64,000 nt of DNA from Candidatus Eubacterium faecale. GTDB taxonomy: Bacteria; Bacillota; Clostridia; Oscillospirales; Acutalibacteraceae. The DNA lies in assembly GCA_019119185.1 (NCBI GenBank), contig DWXN01000005.1:45951-109950 (forward strand), given 5' to 3'. Shown here piece by piece: positions 1 to 9,400 of the stretch; within the stretch, counting starts at the first letter, position 1, and every line of letters begins with the position of its first letter. Under the pieces are notes generated by a model. The model ran no database searches. It worked only from the letters and a program-made list of their open reading frames with translations, and had not been told where the DNA came from. Both the position numbers and the translations under genes were made by a program.

Positions 1-1522
1 GATAGTTGCCCACCCTGCCGGTCACGGTGATATTTACGGTTTTTGAAACGTTATTTGCCGCCGAGGTGGCTGTGATCTGCACCGTCTGCTGCGAATACTG
101 CCCGAGCGAACCGCCCGCGTCCCTGCCGGTGATGATGCCGGTAACGGGATCTACAGATGCGATAGACGGATCAGAAGAAGTCCATGTGATATCCGAAGTA
201 TCCGCCGCTTCCGGCTGTGCGTTTTCTATAGAGAGTTGGATCTCCGTTCCTTCACGCACGGTATTTGCACCGGTAATCTCAAAATCCGTAACGGGCACAC
301 CGTCCACTACGGTAAACGTGATCGAATCATTCGTTGTGAACTGATAAATAATATTCGCTATAATCTTAACGGCGGTTGCCGTAAGCTGAACGGGATCTGC
401 CGTATCGCCCACGATATCGGAAATGGCAAAGCAGGCGTCCAAAATGGCGGTGAGCACCGTTCTGTTGATATCCAGACCTACATATTTGATCAGAATGTCC
501 GCAATCTGGCTGGAATCTACCGTGCCAAGATTTTCCAGTTCATAAATATAATTGATATATTTTAGCAGATTTTCAATAAATCCGTCTGTATCCGGGGAAA
601 CCAAAATGGTAACTTCACCCGTATTTTTAAACGTAACAAGACCGCTGTCATCCACCGTGGCAATTACCTTGCCGCTGTCAAAAATGGAAGTGTTTTTAAC
701 GGAATAAATCACGCCCATATGCAGCCTGGTAGGTGTTGTGCAGGCAGAAAGCTGAAGGGTGGAACCAACCGCAACCGTGGTGGGCAGATCCTGTTTATTC
801 GTGATATGCGTGCCGTTCGGAATGAAATCCGCATAGATCTCCTGCGATTTCTGAACGGTAACGCTGAAACTGTCCGCATCCAGCACGTTGCCGTTTGCGT
901 CATACATGGTACAGGTAATCGTGGTATTAACCTTATCCAGATATTCTCTGAGAGAGTCGATCAGTTCCCCTTTATAGGAATCGATATACTGATCCAGCAG
1001 GGAATCCGAACCGAATGCCGCCTCAACAAGCGCAATAATCTCATCCGTATCCATTGTGTCCACATTAACGGTATCGTTGAACAGCGCCTTTTCAAATATG
1101 GTTTTAAGCAGTGAGCCGATCAGCGGCACCGTTGCCACCTCATTATCGATCCAGAGCCGTACCGCCGCGCCCTTTGAAGAGTCAAACGCGCGAACAAGGC
1201 CATCCTCCGTAACATCACATACGGTGGGAGTATCGCTTGTCCATTTCACATATCCGTTATCCGGCAGCGTGCAGTCGATAAACTGATAGGTAAACTGCTT
1301 TTTATCGCCTTCATACATGTATTCTATGTAGGCGGTTTCGCCGTCCTCCTGATAGGTGGGAACGAGCGTGCCGTCCTCATAAAAAATCTCAATATCATAC
1401 ACACCGATAACGCCGCCGCCCTCGTCGATCTCTGCGGCAAGCGCGGAAAGCCCCGGCAGTGTCATACTGATTACTGTAAGCGCAGCCAAGAAAACACTTA
1501 GCACTTTTTTGCCTGTTTTCAT
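1..1522 (-). CDS. Large secreted/surface protein with bacterial Ig-like (Big_2-type) domains; 3' end runs off the window
   Basis: Manual translation from ATG at 1522 (RBS GGAGG upstream) stays open to base 1. Signal peptide MKTGKKVLSVFLAALTVISMTLPGLSALA; Ig-like motifs VKWTSDTPTVCDVTEDGLV, VIATVDDSGLVTF, ITWTSSDPSIASVDPVTGIITG. Not listed in the ORF track. Confidence 0.8.
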   Translation of the reverse strand, partial: MKTGKKVLSVFLAALTVISMTLPGLSALAAEIDEGGGVIGVYDIEIFYEDGTLVPTYQEDGETAYIEYMYEGDKKQFTYQFIDCTLPDNGYVKWTSDTPTVCDVTEDGLVRAFDSSKGAAVRLWIDNEVATVPLIGSLLKTIFEKALFNDTVNVDTMDTDEIIALVEAAFGSDSLLDQYIDSYKGELIDSLREYLDKVNTTITCTMYDANGNVLDADSFSVTVQKSQEIYADFIPNGTHITNKQDLPTTVAVGSTLQLSACTTPTRLHMGVIYSVKNTSIFDSGKVIATVDDSGLVTFKNTGEVTILVSPDTDGFIENLLKYINYIYELENLGTVDSSQIADILIKYVGLDINRTVLTAILDACFAISDIVGDTADPVQLTATAVKIIANIIYQFTTNDSITFTVVDGVPVTDFEITGANTVREGTEIQLSIENAQPEAADTSDITWTSSDPSIASVDPVTGIITGRDAGGSLGQYSQQTVQITATSAANNVSKTVNITVTGRVGNY

Positions 1523-1835
1523 TTATTTTTCCTCCGGTTTAGGTGATGACAGTGTTACGGAAAATCCACTTACCCATATTAATCCATAATACTATGATTT
1601 TTATTATAATAATTTTTACATATTTATTCCATTGTGAATTTATACAAAATTTAGATTTCCGATTTGTATATTATTGTTATACAAATCGGGAATCCGCACA
1701 GAACAGATCCTTAAGCCGCTGTTTTCTAAAAAAAGCAGCATCAGAGTGTAACCCGGCGCTGCCGTTTCCGCAGCCGGCAAAAACATTAAAGCAGCCGGAA
1801 AGATGCAAAAACAAGAAACGTAAAACGCATAAAAA

Positions 1836-1872
1836 CAGCGCGTGTTCCGCCGGTAAAGCCAAACACACGCTG
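1836..1872 (-). terminator. Probable intrinsic terminator after the PAS gene
   Basis: Arms cagcgcgtgtt/aacacacgctg followed by a T-rich tract on the minus strand. Confidence 0.55.
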
Positions 1873-1920
1873 TAAGCAGATTTATAAAATTTTCAAGGGC
1901 ATAAGGATTAATGAATGCGT

Positions 1921-3051
1921 TCAGGTCTCGCAAATCTCCTCCAGCTCGCAGATCGCAGCCATGGAATCATCCTGCTGGGTGATCAGTTTTCTGATATCAC
2001 GAACTCTTTTCAGTTTGGAGCCGCGCGTCTTAATGGTATACTGCGCCTCGCATTTTCCCGCTTTCAGGATATCATCGTGAAGCTGTTTTTCAAGCGCCGC
2101 TTTGTCTCCGCTGATCAGACGGGAGAGATCGCCGTCAAATCTTTCAAAAAATTCTGCTCTGGAATAACCGGTCAGTTTCACGAAATCGCCGCTGATCAAA
2201 TCACATTCAAACGGCTTTTCCGGCGTGGTAAAGAAGATCGCGCCGTTCAGATTCTCCAGCAGGTTGATCAGGTTATCATTTGCCCTGTCCGCCCGTGCCT
2301 CCGCGTCTTTCACACGCGTAATATCCGTAAACATGGCATGAAATACCGGGCAGCCGTCCTCGTCCGTTTTATGCACCGCGGCGTTGCACTTGCACCAGAT
2401 ATACTGATCCTTGTGCTGGCAGATCCTGTATTCCAGATCAATGGGATCACCGGTTGCCATCGCCTTGCCCACCGCCTGATAAACAAGGGTCTTATCCTCG
2501 GGATGGATAATCTCATCCAGGCGGTAAGTCTGTTTTCTGCACGCCTCTTTCGTTGTGCCGAACAGGCGGCAGCCGCCCTCGTTTATGTAAAGCGTTTCAA
2601 AATGCATATTCGGCGTAACTTTAAACAGGCACACACCGCCGGTTACAAGATCAATTAGATGGTTGATCTCTTTTGCCTTTTCTTTTAAGATCCTGTTCTT
2701 TTCCCTGCTTTTTGAAACATCGGCAAAAACAAGGCGGCACAGCGGCGAATCTTCAATATTCTGCGCTGTGCAGTGCACATATACCTGCTCTCCGCTGCCG
2801 TTGATCATATCCAGATCCATATAAACGAACCGGGAATCTTTTTTGCATATTTTTTCTATAATTTCCTGCCTGTCTGCCGGAATGATAATATCCTGTAAAA
2901 ACAATTTTCCCTCTTTGATTTTGGAGGGATGAACGCCCGCGAATTCGGAAAAATGCGTATCGGAATCCACGATCCGGAAATCATCTTCCTTATCCACAAC
3001 ACAGTTTAAAAATTCAACTTCATAGGCTCTGTCCTCGTTGGTTTCGGTCAC
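1921..3051 (-). CDS. Tandem PAS-domain protein with no output domain
   Basis: PAS/PAC motifs IHPEDK..DLEYRI..YIWCKCNA..FTDIT and LTGYSRAEF; likely GTG start at 3051 behind GGAAAGGAG. Confidence 0.75.
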   Translation of the reverse strand: MTETNEDRAYEVEFLNCVVDKEDDFRIVDSDTHFSEFAGVHPSKIKEGKLFLQDIIIPADRQEIIEKICKKDSRFVYMDLDMINGSGEQVYVHCTAQNIEDSPLCRLVFADVSKSREKNRILKEKAKEINHLIDLVTGGVCLFKVTPNMHFETLYINEGGCRLFGTTKEACRKQTYRLDEIIHPEDKTLVYQAVGKAMATGDPIDLEYRICQHKDQYIWCKCNAAVHKTDEDGCPVFHAMFTDITRVKDAEARADRANDNLINLLENLNGAIFFTTPEKPFECDLISGDFVKLTGYSRAEFFERFDGDLSRLISGDKAALEKQLHDDILKAGKCEAQYTIKTRGSKLKRVRDIRKLITQQDDSMAAICELEEICET

Positions 3052-3310
3052 TGCTTTATTGCTCCTTTCCAAAGCGCTGCCGACGGGGTATCAACCCGAT
3101 AATATATTATATCGTCATTATAGCATAAAAATTATATTTTTGCGAATTTTTTGTTAATAAAACTGCCGAAAAATCCATTTACCTATAGGCAAAACGGAAA
3201 CATTGTGTTATTATACTAATTGGTAATTTTCTGCATTCCTTTACAACAGGAATATGAAAGAGCAAGCGGCAAACCTGCCGCGGTTTAGTTTGCTGAAAAG
3301 GAGTAGTAAT

Positions 3311-6300
3311 ATGGCAAAAGTTTTTCGCGTTTTCGTTGAAAAGAAAAAAGGAAACGATATAGAGGCAAGGCAGCTTTTGGAAGACCTTGTTTCCACAGTG
3401 GGCATAACGGCGCTTGAAGACCTCAGGCTTGTAAACCGATATGACGCGCAGGGCCTTTCAAAAGAGGAATTTGACAACGCCGCCAAAATGATCCTTTCGG
3501 AGCCGAACCTGGATAATATTTACACCGAGCTGGAGATCCCGGCAGGCTGGAAATATTTTGCCGCTGAATTTCTGCCCGGCCAGTATGACCAAAGAGCGGA
3601 CAGCGCCGCCCAGTGTATCCAGCTTTTAACACAAGGGGAGCGGCCGCTTGTTGCCAGCGCAAAAGTATATCTGCTGAAAGGCGGTATAACCAACGCGGAA
3701 TTTGAAAAGATAAAATCCTACATCATCAACCCGGTTGAATCCCGCGAAGCATCTATGGAAATACCGGAAAGTTTGGATATCACGGCGGACCGCCCTGCGG
3801 ATATTGCGCGCATTTCCGGTTTCACGGCGATGAGCGATGATGAAATTGCACAATATCACAAAAGCATGGGCTTTGCGATGAGCGTTGCCGATCTCTGCTG
3901 GGTAAGGGATTATTTCAAAACGGAAAACAGGGATCCGAGCCTGACCGAACTTAAAGTAATAGACACCTACTGGAGCGATCACTGCCGCCATACCACATTC
4001 AGCACCATATTGGATGATATCCATGTGGAAAAATCAAAATATGCCGCTGCTGTGGAGGATGCAATAAAAGAATATTTTGACCTCAGGAAAGAAGTGTACG
4101 GCAGCCGCGAAAAGAATGTTTGCCTGATGGATATGGCATGCATCGGCGCAAAGGCGCTTAAGAAACGCGGCATACTTGATAATCTTGATGAAAGCGACGA
4201 GATCAACGCCTGCTCCATTGAAGTGCCCGTTACTATTGACGGAAAAACGGAGCAGTGGCTTGTTCAGTTTAAGAATGAAACGCACAACCACCCCACGGAG
4301 ATCGAGCCGTTCGGCGGCGCGGCAACCTGCCTTGGCGGCGCAATAAGGGATCCGCTTTCCGGCAGGGCATATGTTTACCAGGCAATGCGCATCACCGGCT
4401 CCGGCGACCCGACCGTTTCTTTTGAGGATACGCTGGACGCCAAACTGCCGCAGAAGAAGATCACCACCGGCGCGGCGCAGGGCTATTCCAGCTACGGTAA
4501 CCAGATCGGTCTTGCCACCGGTCAGGTTGTGGAACTGTATGACGAAGGCTATGTTGCAAAGCGCATGGAGATCGGCGCTGTGATCGGCGCTTCCCCCAAA
4601 AAGAATGTTATAAGAGAAGTGCCGCAGGAGGGCGATATCATCGTTCTGCTTGGCGGGCGCACCGGCAGGGACGGCTGCGGCGGCGCAACAGGTTCCTCCA
4701 AAGCGCACAACAGCATGAGCATAGAGACCTGCGGCGCGGAAGTGCAAAAGGGTAACCCGCCTACGGAAAGAAAGATCCAGCGCCTGTTCAGAAACGAAGA
4801 GGTTGCCAGAATGATCAAAAGGTGCAACGATTTCGGCGCGGGCGGCGTATCCGTAGCCATTGGCGAACTGGCGGACGGGCTGGATATAGATCTTGATAAA
4901 GTACCTAAAAAATATGACGGACTGGACGGCACGGAACTTGCCATTTCCGAATCGCAGGAAAGAATGGCGGTTGTGCTGGATAAGAATGATGTTGATAAAT
5001 TTATAAAACTTTCAAATGAAGAAAATCTGGAGGCAACGCCCGTTGCCGTAGTCACTTCCACAAACAGGCTGACCATGACCTGGAGAGGAGACAAGATCGT
5101 TAATATCAGCCGCGATTTTCTGAACACAAACGGCGTAACGCAGCACGCGAGCGCCGTGATTGAGGCTGTGGACGAAAGCAGAAATTACAGAATGGATGTG
5201 CCGGCCGCGCTGGACGGAATGCGCCCGGCAGACGCGCTGAAAGCAAACCTGAAACGGCTGGAGGTATGCTGCCAGAAAGGTCTGGCGGAACGATTTGACG
5301 CCTCGATCGGCGCGGCAACCGTGCTGATGCCGTTTGCGGGCAAATACCAGCTGACTCCAGAAGAGGCAATGGCGGCGAAACTGCCGGTGCTGAACGGTGA
5401 AACAGACGACGCCACCGTTATGGCTTACGGCTTTATTCCGAAACTTTCCGAGTGGAGCCCGTTCCACTCCGCGGCATTCGCCGTTACGGAATCCCTTGCC
5501 AAACTTGCGGCTGTGGGATGTGACCCCTCCAAAGCGCGCCTTACTTTCCAGGAATATTTTGAAAGATTAAATGACGATCCCAAGCGCTGGGGCAAACCTG
5601 CCGCGGCTCTGCTCGGCTCCATAACGGCGCAGATCGGATACGGCGCGCCGTCCATCGGCGGTAAGGACAGCATGAGCGGTTCTTTCAACGAGCTGGACGT
5701 TCCGCCAACTTTGGTTTCCTTTGCTGTAGGTATGAGCAAGGCTTCCAAAACGGTTTCCGCCCGGTTTAAGAGAGCGGGATCAAAAGTGTATATGATCCGT
5801 ATCCCCATTTGCGAAGCGAGCGGTTTGCCCGATTATAAAAACGCCATGGCGGTCATGAAAGCCGTTTATGAAAGCGTCAGAAACGGCGCAGTCCTTGCCG
5901 CAGGCGTTGTAAAAGAGGGCGGCGCTGCCGCAAACGTGTGCAAAATGGCATTCGGCGATAAACTCGGCTTTACCTTTGAGCAGGGGCTGGATATGCAGAC
6001 TCTGTTCGCGCCGATGCAGGGCAACTTTGTTGTGGAATGCAGCGGCGAACTTCCGGAATGCTTTACCGATGCCGTGCTGCTTGGCACAACCAACGATAAC
6101 GGCGTATTTATCATAGACGGCGAAGTGCTTACCGTTGATGAACTGATAGACGCGTGGTGCGCAAAACTGGAAAAAGTATTTCCGCAAAACAGCGGCGTTC
6201 ATGCGGATATGCCGCAGGATATCGGCCTCTGCAAAGAGCGTTCCATCTTTATCTGCAAAAACAAGGTTGCAAAACCGCGCGTATTTATTCCGGCTTTCCC

Positions 6301-7069
6301 CGGCACCAACTGCGAAGTAGATACGGCAAGAGCCTTTGAAAAGGCAGGCGCCGAGGCGGAGATACTGGTTGTGAACAACCTCTCCCCCGCCGCAATCAAC
6401 GAAACGATCGATAAAATGGTAAAAGCAATAAACAACGCGCAGATCGTGATGCTGCCGGGCGGATTCTCCGGCGGTGACGAACCGGAAGGCTCCGGCAAAT
6501 TCATTGCCACCGCTTTCCGCAATCCGCGTGTTGCAGAGGCGGTTTCCAAGTTGCTCAACTGCCGCGACGGACTGATGCTCGGCATCTGCAACGGTTTCCA
6601 GGCGCTGATCAAACTTGGCCTTGTGCCTTACGGCGAGATCCGGGAGATCAAACCGAGCGACCCCACGCTGACCTTCAATACGATCGGCAGGCATATTTCA
6701 CAGATGGCTTACACAAGGGTTACAAGCGTGAAATCCCCGTGGCTTTCGGGTGTAAATGCCGGCGAAGTTTTCGCAGTGCCGATCTCACACGGCGAGGGCA
6801 GATTCACAGCGGATGCAGACACGATCAAACGCCTTGCCGAAAACGGCCAGATCGCAACACAGTATGTAAATCTGAACGGCACCCCGGTTTCCGATATGCC
6901 GTTTAACCCGAACGGCTCCGTATGTGCCGTGGAAGGCATCACGTCTCCGGACGGCCGCGTATTCGGCAAAATGGGCCACTGTGAAAGAAAGGGCACTGAC
7001 CTTTATGCCAACGTGCCGTTTGAAAAAGATATGAAGATCTTTGAAAGCGGTGTAAACTACTTTAAATAA
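3311..7069 (+). CDS. purL: Phosphoribosylformylglycinamidine synthase, fused large type
   Basis: WSDHCRH, KNETHNHPTEIEPFGGAATC, FPGTNCE, LGICNGFQ, GKMGHCER; ATG at 3311 behind AAGGAG. Confidence 0.97.
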   Translation: MAKVFRVFVEKKKGNDIEARQLLEDLVSTVGITALEDLRLVNRYDAQGLSKEEFDNAAKMILSEPNLDNIYTELEIPAGWKYFAAEFLPGQYDQRADSAAQCIQLLTQGERPLVASAKVYLLKGGITNAEFEKIKSYIINPVESREASMEIPESLDITADRPADIARISGFTAMSDDEIAQYHKSMGFAMSVADLCWVRDYFKTENRDPSLTELKVIDTYWSDHCRHTTFSTILDDIHVEKSKYAAAVEDAIKEYFDLRKEVYGSREKNVCLMDMACIGAKALKKRGILDNLDESDEINACSIEVPVTIDGKTEQWLVQFKNETHNHPTEIEPFGGAATCLGGAIRDPLSGRAYVYQAMRITGSGDPTVSFEDTLDAKLPQKKITTGAAQGYSSYGNQIGLATGQVVELYDEGYVAKRMEIGAVIGASPKKNVIREVPQEGDIIVLLGGRTGRDGCGGATGSSKAHNSMSIETCGAEVQKGNPPTERKIQRLFRNEEVARMIKRCNDFGAGGVSVAIGELADGLDIDLDKVPKKYDGLDGTELAISESQERMAVVLDKNDVDKFIKLSNEENLEATPVAVVTSTNRLTMTWRGDKIVNISRDFLNTNGVTQHASAVIEAVDESRNYRMDVPAALDGMRPADALKANLKRLEVCCQKGLAERFDASIGAATVLMPFAGKYQLTPEEAMAAKLPVLNGETDDATVMAYGFIPKLSEWSPFHSAAFAVTESLAKLAAVGCDPSKARLTFQEYFERLNDDPKRWGKPAAALLGSITAQIGYGAPSIGGKDSMSGSFNELDVPPTLVSFAVGMSKASKTVSARFKRAGSKVYMIRIPICEASGLPDYKNAMAVMKAVYESVRNGAVLAAGVVKEGGAAANVCKMAFGDKLGFTFEQGLDMQTLFAPMQGNFVVECSGELPECFTDAVLLGTTNDNGVFIIDGEVLTVDELIDAWCAKLEKVFPQNSGVHADMPQDIGLCKERSIFICKNKVAKPRVFIPAFPGTNCEVDTARAFEKAGAEAEILVVNNLSPAAINETIDKMVKAINNAQIVMLPGGFSGGDEPEGSGKFIATAFRNPRVAEAVSKLLNCRDGLMLGICNGFQALIKLGLVPYGEIREIKPSDPTLTFNTIGRHISQMAYTRVTSVKSPWLSGVNAGEVFAVPISHGEGRFTADADTIKRLAENGQIATQYVNLNGTPVSDMPFNPNGSVCAVEGITSPDGRVFGKMGHCERKGTDLYANVPFEKDMKIFESGVNYFK

Positions 7070-7134
7070 TTCTGCTGTGCGGGAAGAAGCGCGCCTGCGC
7101 CCATATCCCGCGCTTACAAAGGAGATCCTGATCC

Positions 7135-8343
7135 ATGAAATATGTTGTAGTTTTGTATGACGGAATGGCGGATTACCCCGTTCCGGCACTGGGCGGAAAA
7201 ACGCCGATGATGGTGGCGAAAAAGCCGAATCTGGACAGCCTTGCCCAGCGGGGCGAAGTTGGTCTGATCCGCACGGTCGCCCCCGGGCTGAAACCCGGCT
7301 CAGACGTTGCAAACATGAGCGTTATGGGGTTCGATCCCATGAAATATTATACAGGCAGAAGTCCGCTTGAGGCAGCGTCCATCGGCATCGATATGAAACC
7401 GACGGATGTTTCGCTGCGCTGCAATCTTGTTACCTTATCGGAGGACGACAAACCTTACGAGGAAAAAACGATAGAGGATTACTGCGCCGACGATATTTCC
7501 ACCGAGGAGGCGCAGGAGCTGATCGATGCCGTTCAGAAAGAACTCGGCAACGATACATTTCATTTTTACACCGGCGTTTCCTACCGCCACTGCCTGATCT
7601 GGCGCGGCGGCACAACAGATCTTGGCGCCATGACGCCGCCACATGATATCACGGGCAAAGTCATCACCGAGTATCTTTCAAAAAGCGAAAACGCAAAGCC
7701 GCTGATTGAAATGATGAAAAAATCTTATGATATCCTAAAGAATCATCCGGTCAATCAAAAGAGAAAAGCAGCGGGCAGGCGCCCGGCAAACTCCATTTGG
7801 CTCTGGGGTGAGGGCACAAGACCCGCCATGGGCAAATTTGAGGAGATCTACGGTATCAAAGGCGGCGTGGTTTCTGCCGTTGACCTGATCAAAGGCATCG
7901 GCCGCTGCGCCGGAATGGAAGTGGCGGATGTGCCCGGCGCAACCGGATATATCGATACCAATTTTGAGGGCAAGGCAAACGCCGCGCTTGACCTGCTTAC
8001 CAGAAATGATCTTGTTTATATTCATTTTGAGGCGCCGGACGAATGCGGCCACAGAAACGAGCCGGAAAATAAAGTAAAAGCGATTGAACTGATCGACCAA
8101 AAAGTGCTGCCTATCCTGTTCAACGGGCTTGCGCAGTACGATGATTACAAAATCATGTGCCTGCCGGATCACCCAACCCCGATCGTGACCAGAACACACG
8201 CATCAGACCCCGTGCCTTACGTGATCTACAGAAAGAGCAAAGAGATCGAAGGCGTTGTAACGATCAACGAGGAAACGGCAAAAGAAACCGGCATCTATAT
8301 CGACTTTGGCCCGGGCATCATGGAACATTTTTTGAAAGATTAA
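7135..8343 (+). CDS. apgM: Cofactor-independent phosphoglycerate mutase family (ApgM)
   Basis: YDGMAD, PGSDVANMS, EAPDECGH, PDHPTP, HASDPVP metal/phosphoserine motifs. Confidence 0.88.
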   Translation: MKYVVVLYDGMADYPVPALGGKTPMMVAKKPNLDSLAQRGEVGLIRTVAPGLKPGSDVANMSVMGFDPMKYYTGRSPLEAASIGIDMKPTDVSLRCNLVTLSEDDKPYEEKTIEDYCADDISTEEAQELIDAVQKELGNDTFHFYTGVSYRHCLIWRGGTTDLGAMTPPHDITGKVITEYLSKSENAKPLIEMMKKSYDILKNHPVNQKRKAAGRRPANSIWLWGEGTRPAMGKFEEIYGIKGGVVSAVDLIKGIGRCAGMEVADVPGATGYIDTNFEGKANAALDLLTRNDLVYIHFEAPDECGHRNEPENKVKAIELIDQKVLPILFNGLAQYDDYKIMCLPDHPTPIVTRTHASDPVPYVIYRKSKEIEGVVTINEETAKETGIYIDFGPGIMEHFLKD

Positions 8344-8365
8344 CCGGTTCTGAGGAAACATTAAA

Positions 8366-8887
8366 ATGAAACATGTTGTTACGGCAGCCTTAGCCGTGCT
8401 GTTGCTTGCGGCGTTACTGAGCGCCTGCTCAACCGCTGAAAATGATCCCGCGCAAGCGCAAACGCAGACCCAAACGCAGGCGCAAACTTCTGCACAGATA
8501 CCTGCGCCGGCGCAGGAACAGACGCAGCCGGCGCCAGAGCAAAGTGTGCAGGAGAGAGCCGCGGCAGCCTATGCGGCAGACCCTGATCACGTGCTGCCGG
8601 AGGAAGACGCAAAAGAAATCGCATATACCGCGCTGGAGCAGGAATGTAAGAATAAAACGTTTTCGGACGATATAAACCACTTTACGTTTGACAGCATCAA
8701 ACACTGCGATATAAGGGAAACCTACGGCGCTTTCAACCGCGGAAACGATATCTCCGCTTATAACACAAGCAGCCACCCTTACTATGCCGTAAGGTATAAC
8801 GACAGTTCTTTCCCCGGAAATTATGCCTATTTCTGCATAGACCTGCGAAACGGAGACCTGCTCTATACAGGATATATGGGAGATTAG
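8366..8887 (+). CDS. Lipoprotein of unknown function with Q/T/P-rich linker
   Basis: Lipobox LSAC; C-terminus YFCIDLRNGDLLYTGYMGD is paralogous to the next gene. Confidence 0.75.
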   Translation: MKHVVTAALAVLLLAALLSACSTAENDPAQAQTQTQTQAQTSAQIPAPAQEQTQPAPEQSVQERAAAAYAADPDHVLPEEDAKEIAYTALEQECKNKTFSDDINHFTFDSIKHCDIRETYGAFNRGNDISAYNTSSHPYYAVRYNDSSFPGNYAYFCIDLRNGDLLYTGYMGD

Positions 8888-8901
8888 CGTTAGGAGAAGA
8901 T

Positions 8902-9366
8902 ATGAAAAAATTTCTGACCTGCCTTGCCGTTTTAATAGCTGCGGCGTGCATTTTTTCCGCCTGCGGCACACAAAGCGGCAATGAGAAAAGCACACAAGAG
9001 CCTTCTTCAGAGCTTTCAACAACGCTAAGCAGTGATACGCACGAATCCATTTCTTATGCGATAACGCAGGAAGAGGCGCGCGGCATTGCGGATGAAGCCC
9101 TGAAGAACGCTATGGCGCAAAATGAATTCGGCATCGGCGAAGATGATGAAATCTTTGCATTTGAAAGCATAGAACTTCTGCCAAAAGATGAGCAGTATTC
9201 GGCATTCAACGCGGGATACGGCAACACAAGCGAAACCGAAAACACAACCGGCCACGCTTATTATGCCGTGGAATATACAGACACTTCACAAATTGCCGGC
9301 TTAGCCTATATTTGTGTGGACGCCGTTACCGGCGACGTGCTTTACACCGGATATATGGGCGATTAA
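8902..9366 (+). CDS. Lipoprotein of unknown function, paralogue of 8366-8887
   Basis: Lipobox FSAC; C-terminus YICVDAVTGDVLYTGYMGD. Confidence 0.75.
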   Translation: MKKFLTCLAVLIAAACIFSACGTQSGNEKSTQEPSSELSTTLSSDTHESISYAITQEEARGIADEALKNAMAQNEFGIGEDDEIFAFESIELLPKDEQYSAFNAGYGNTSETENTTGHAYYAVEYTDTSQIAGLAYICVDAVTGDVLYTGYMGD

Positions 9367-9400
9367 AAGCAATACTATAACAAACAAAGGAGAGAGACTT

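Noticed and set aside
1543-1933. Small ORFs in the intergenic region between the surface-protein and PAS genes
   Set aside because: They overlap a terminator and an inverted repeat, and have no RBS or protein-like composition.
3073-3310. Hairpins upstream of purL as a possible purine, ZTP or PRPP riboswitch
   Set aside because: Small stems exist (attcct/aggaat, gcggca/tgccgc), but I could not find the conserved core of any of these aptamers.
9367-9400. SAM riboswitch or T-box before metY
   Set aside because: The intergenic gap is only 34 nt, too short for either.
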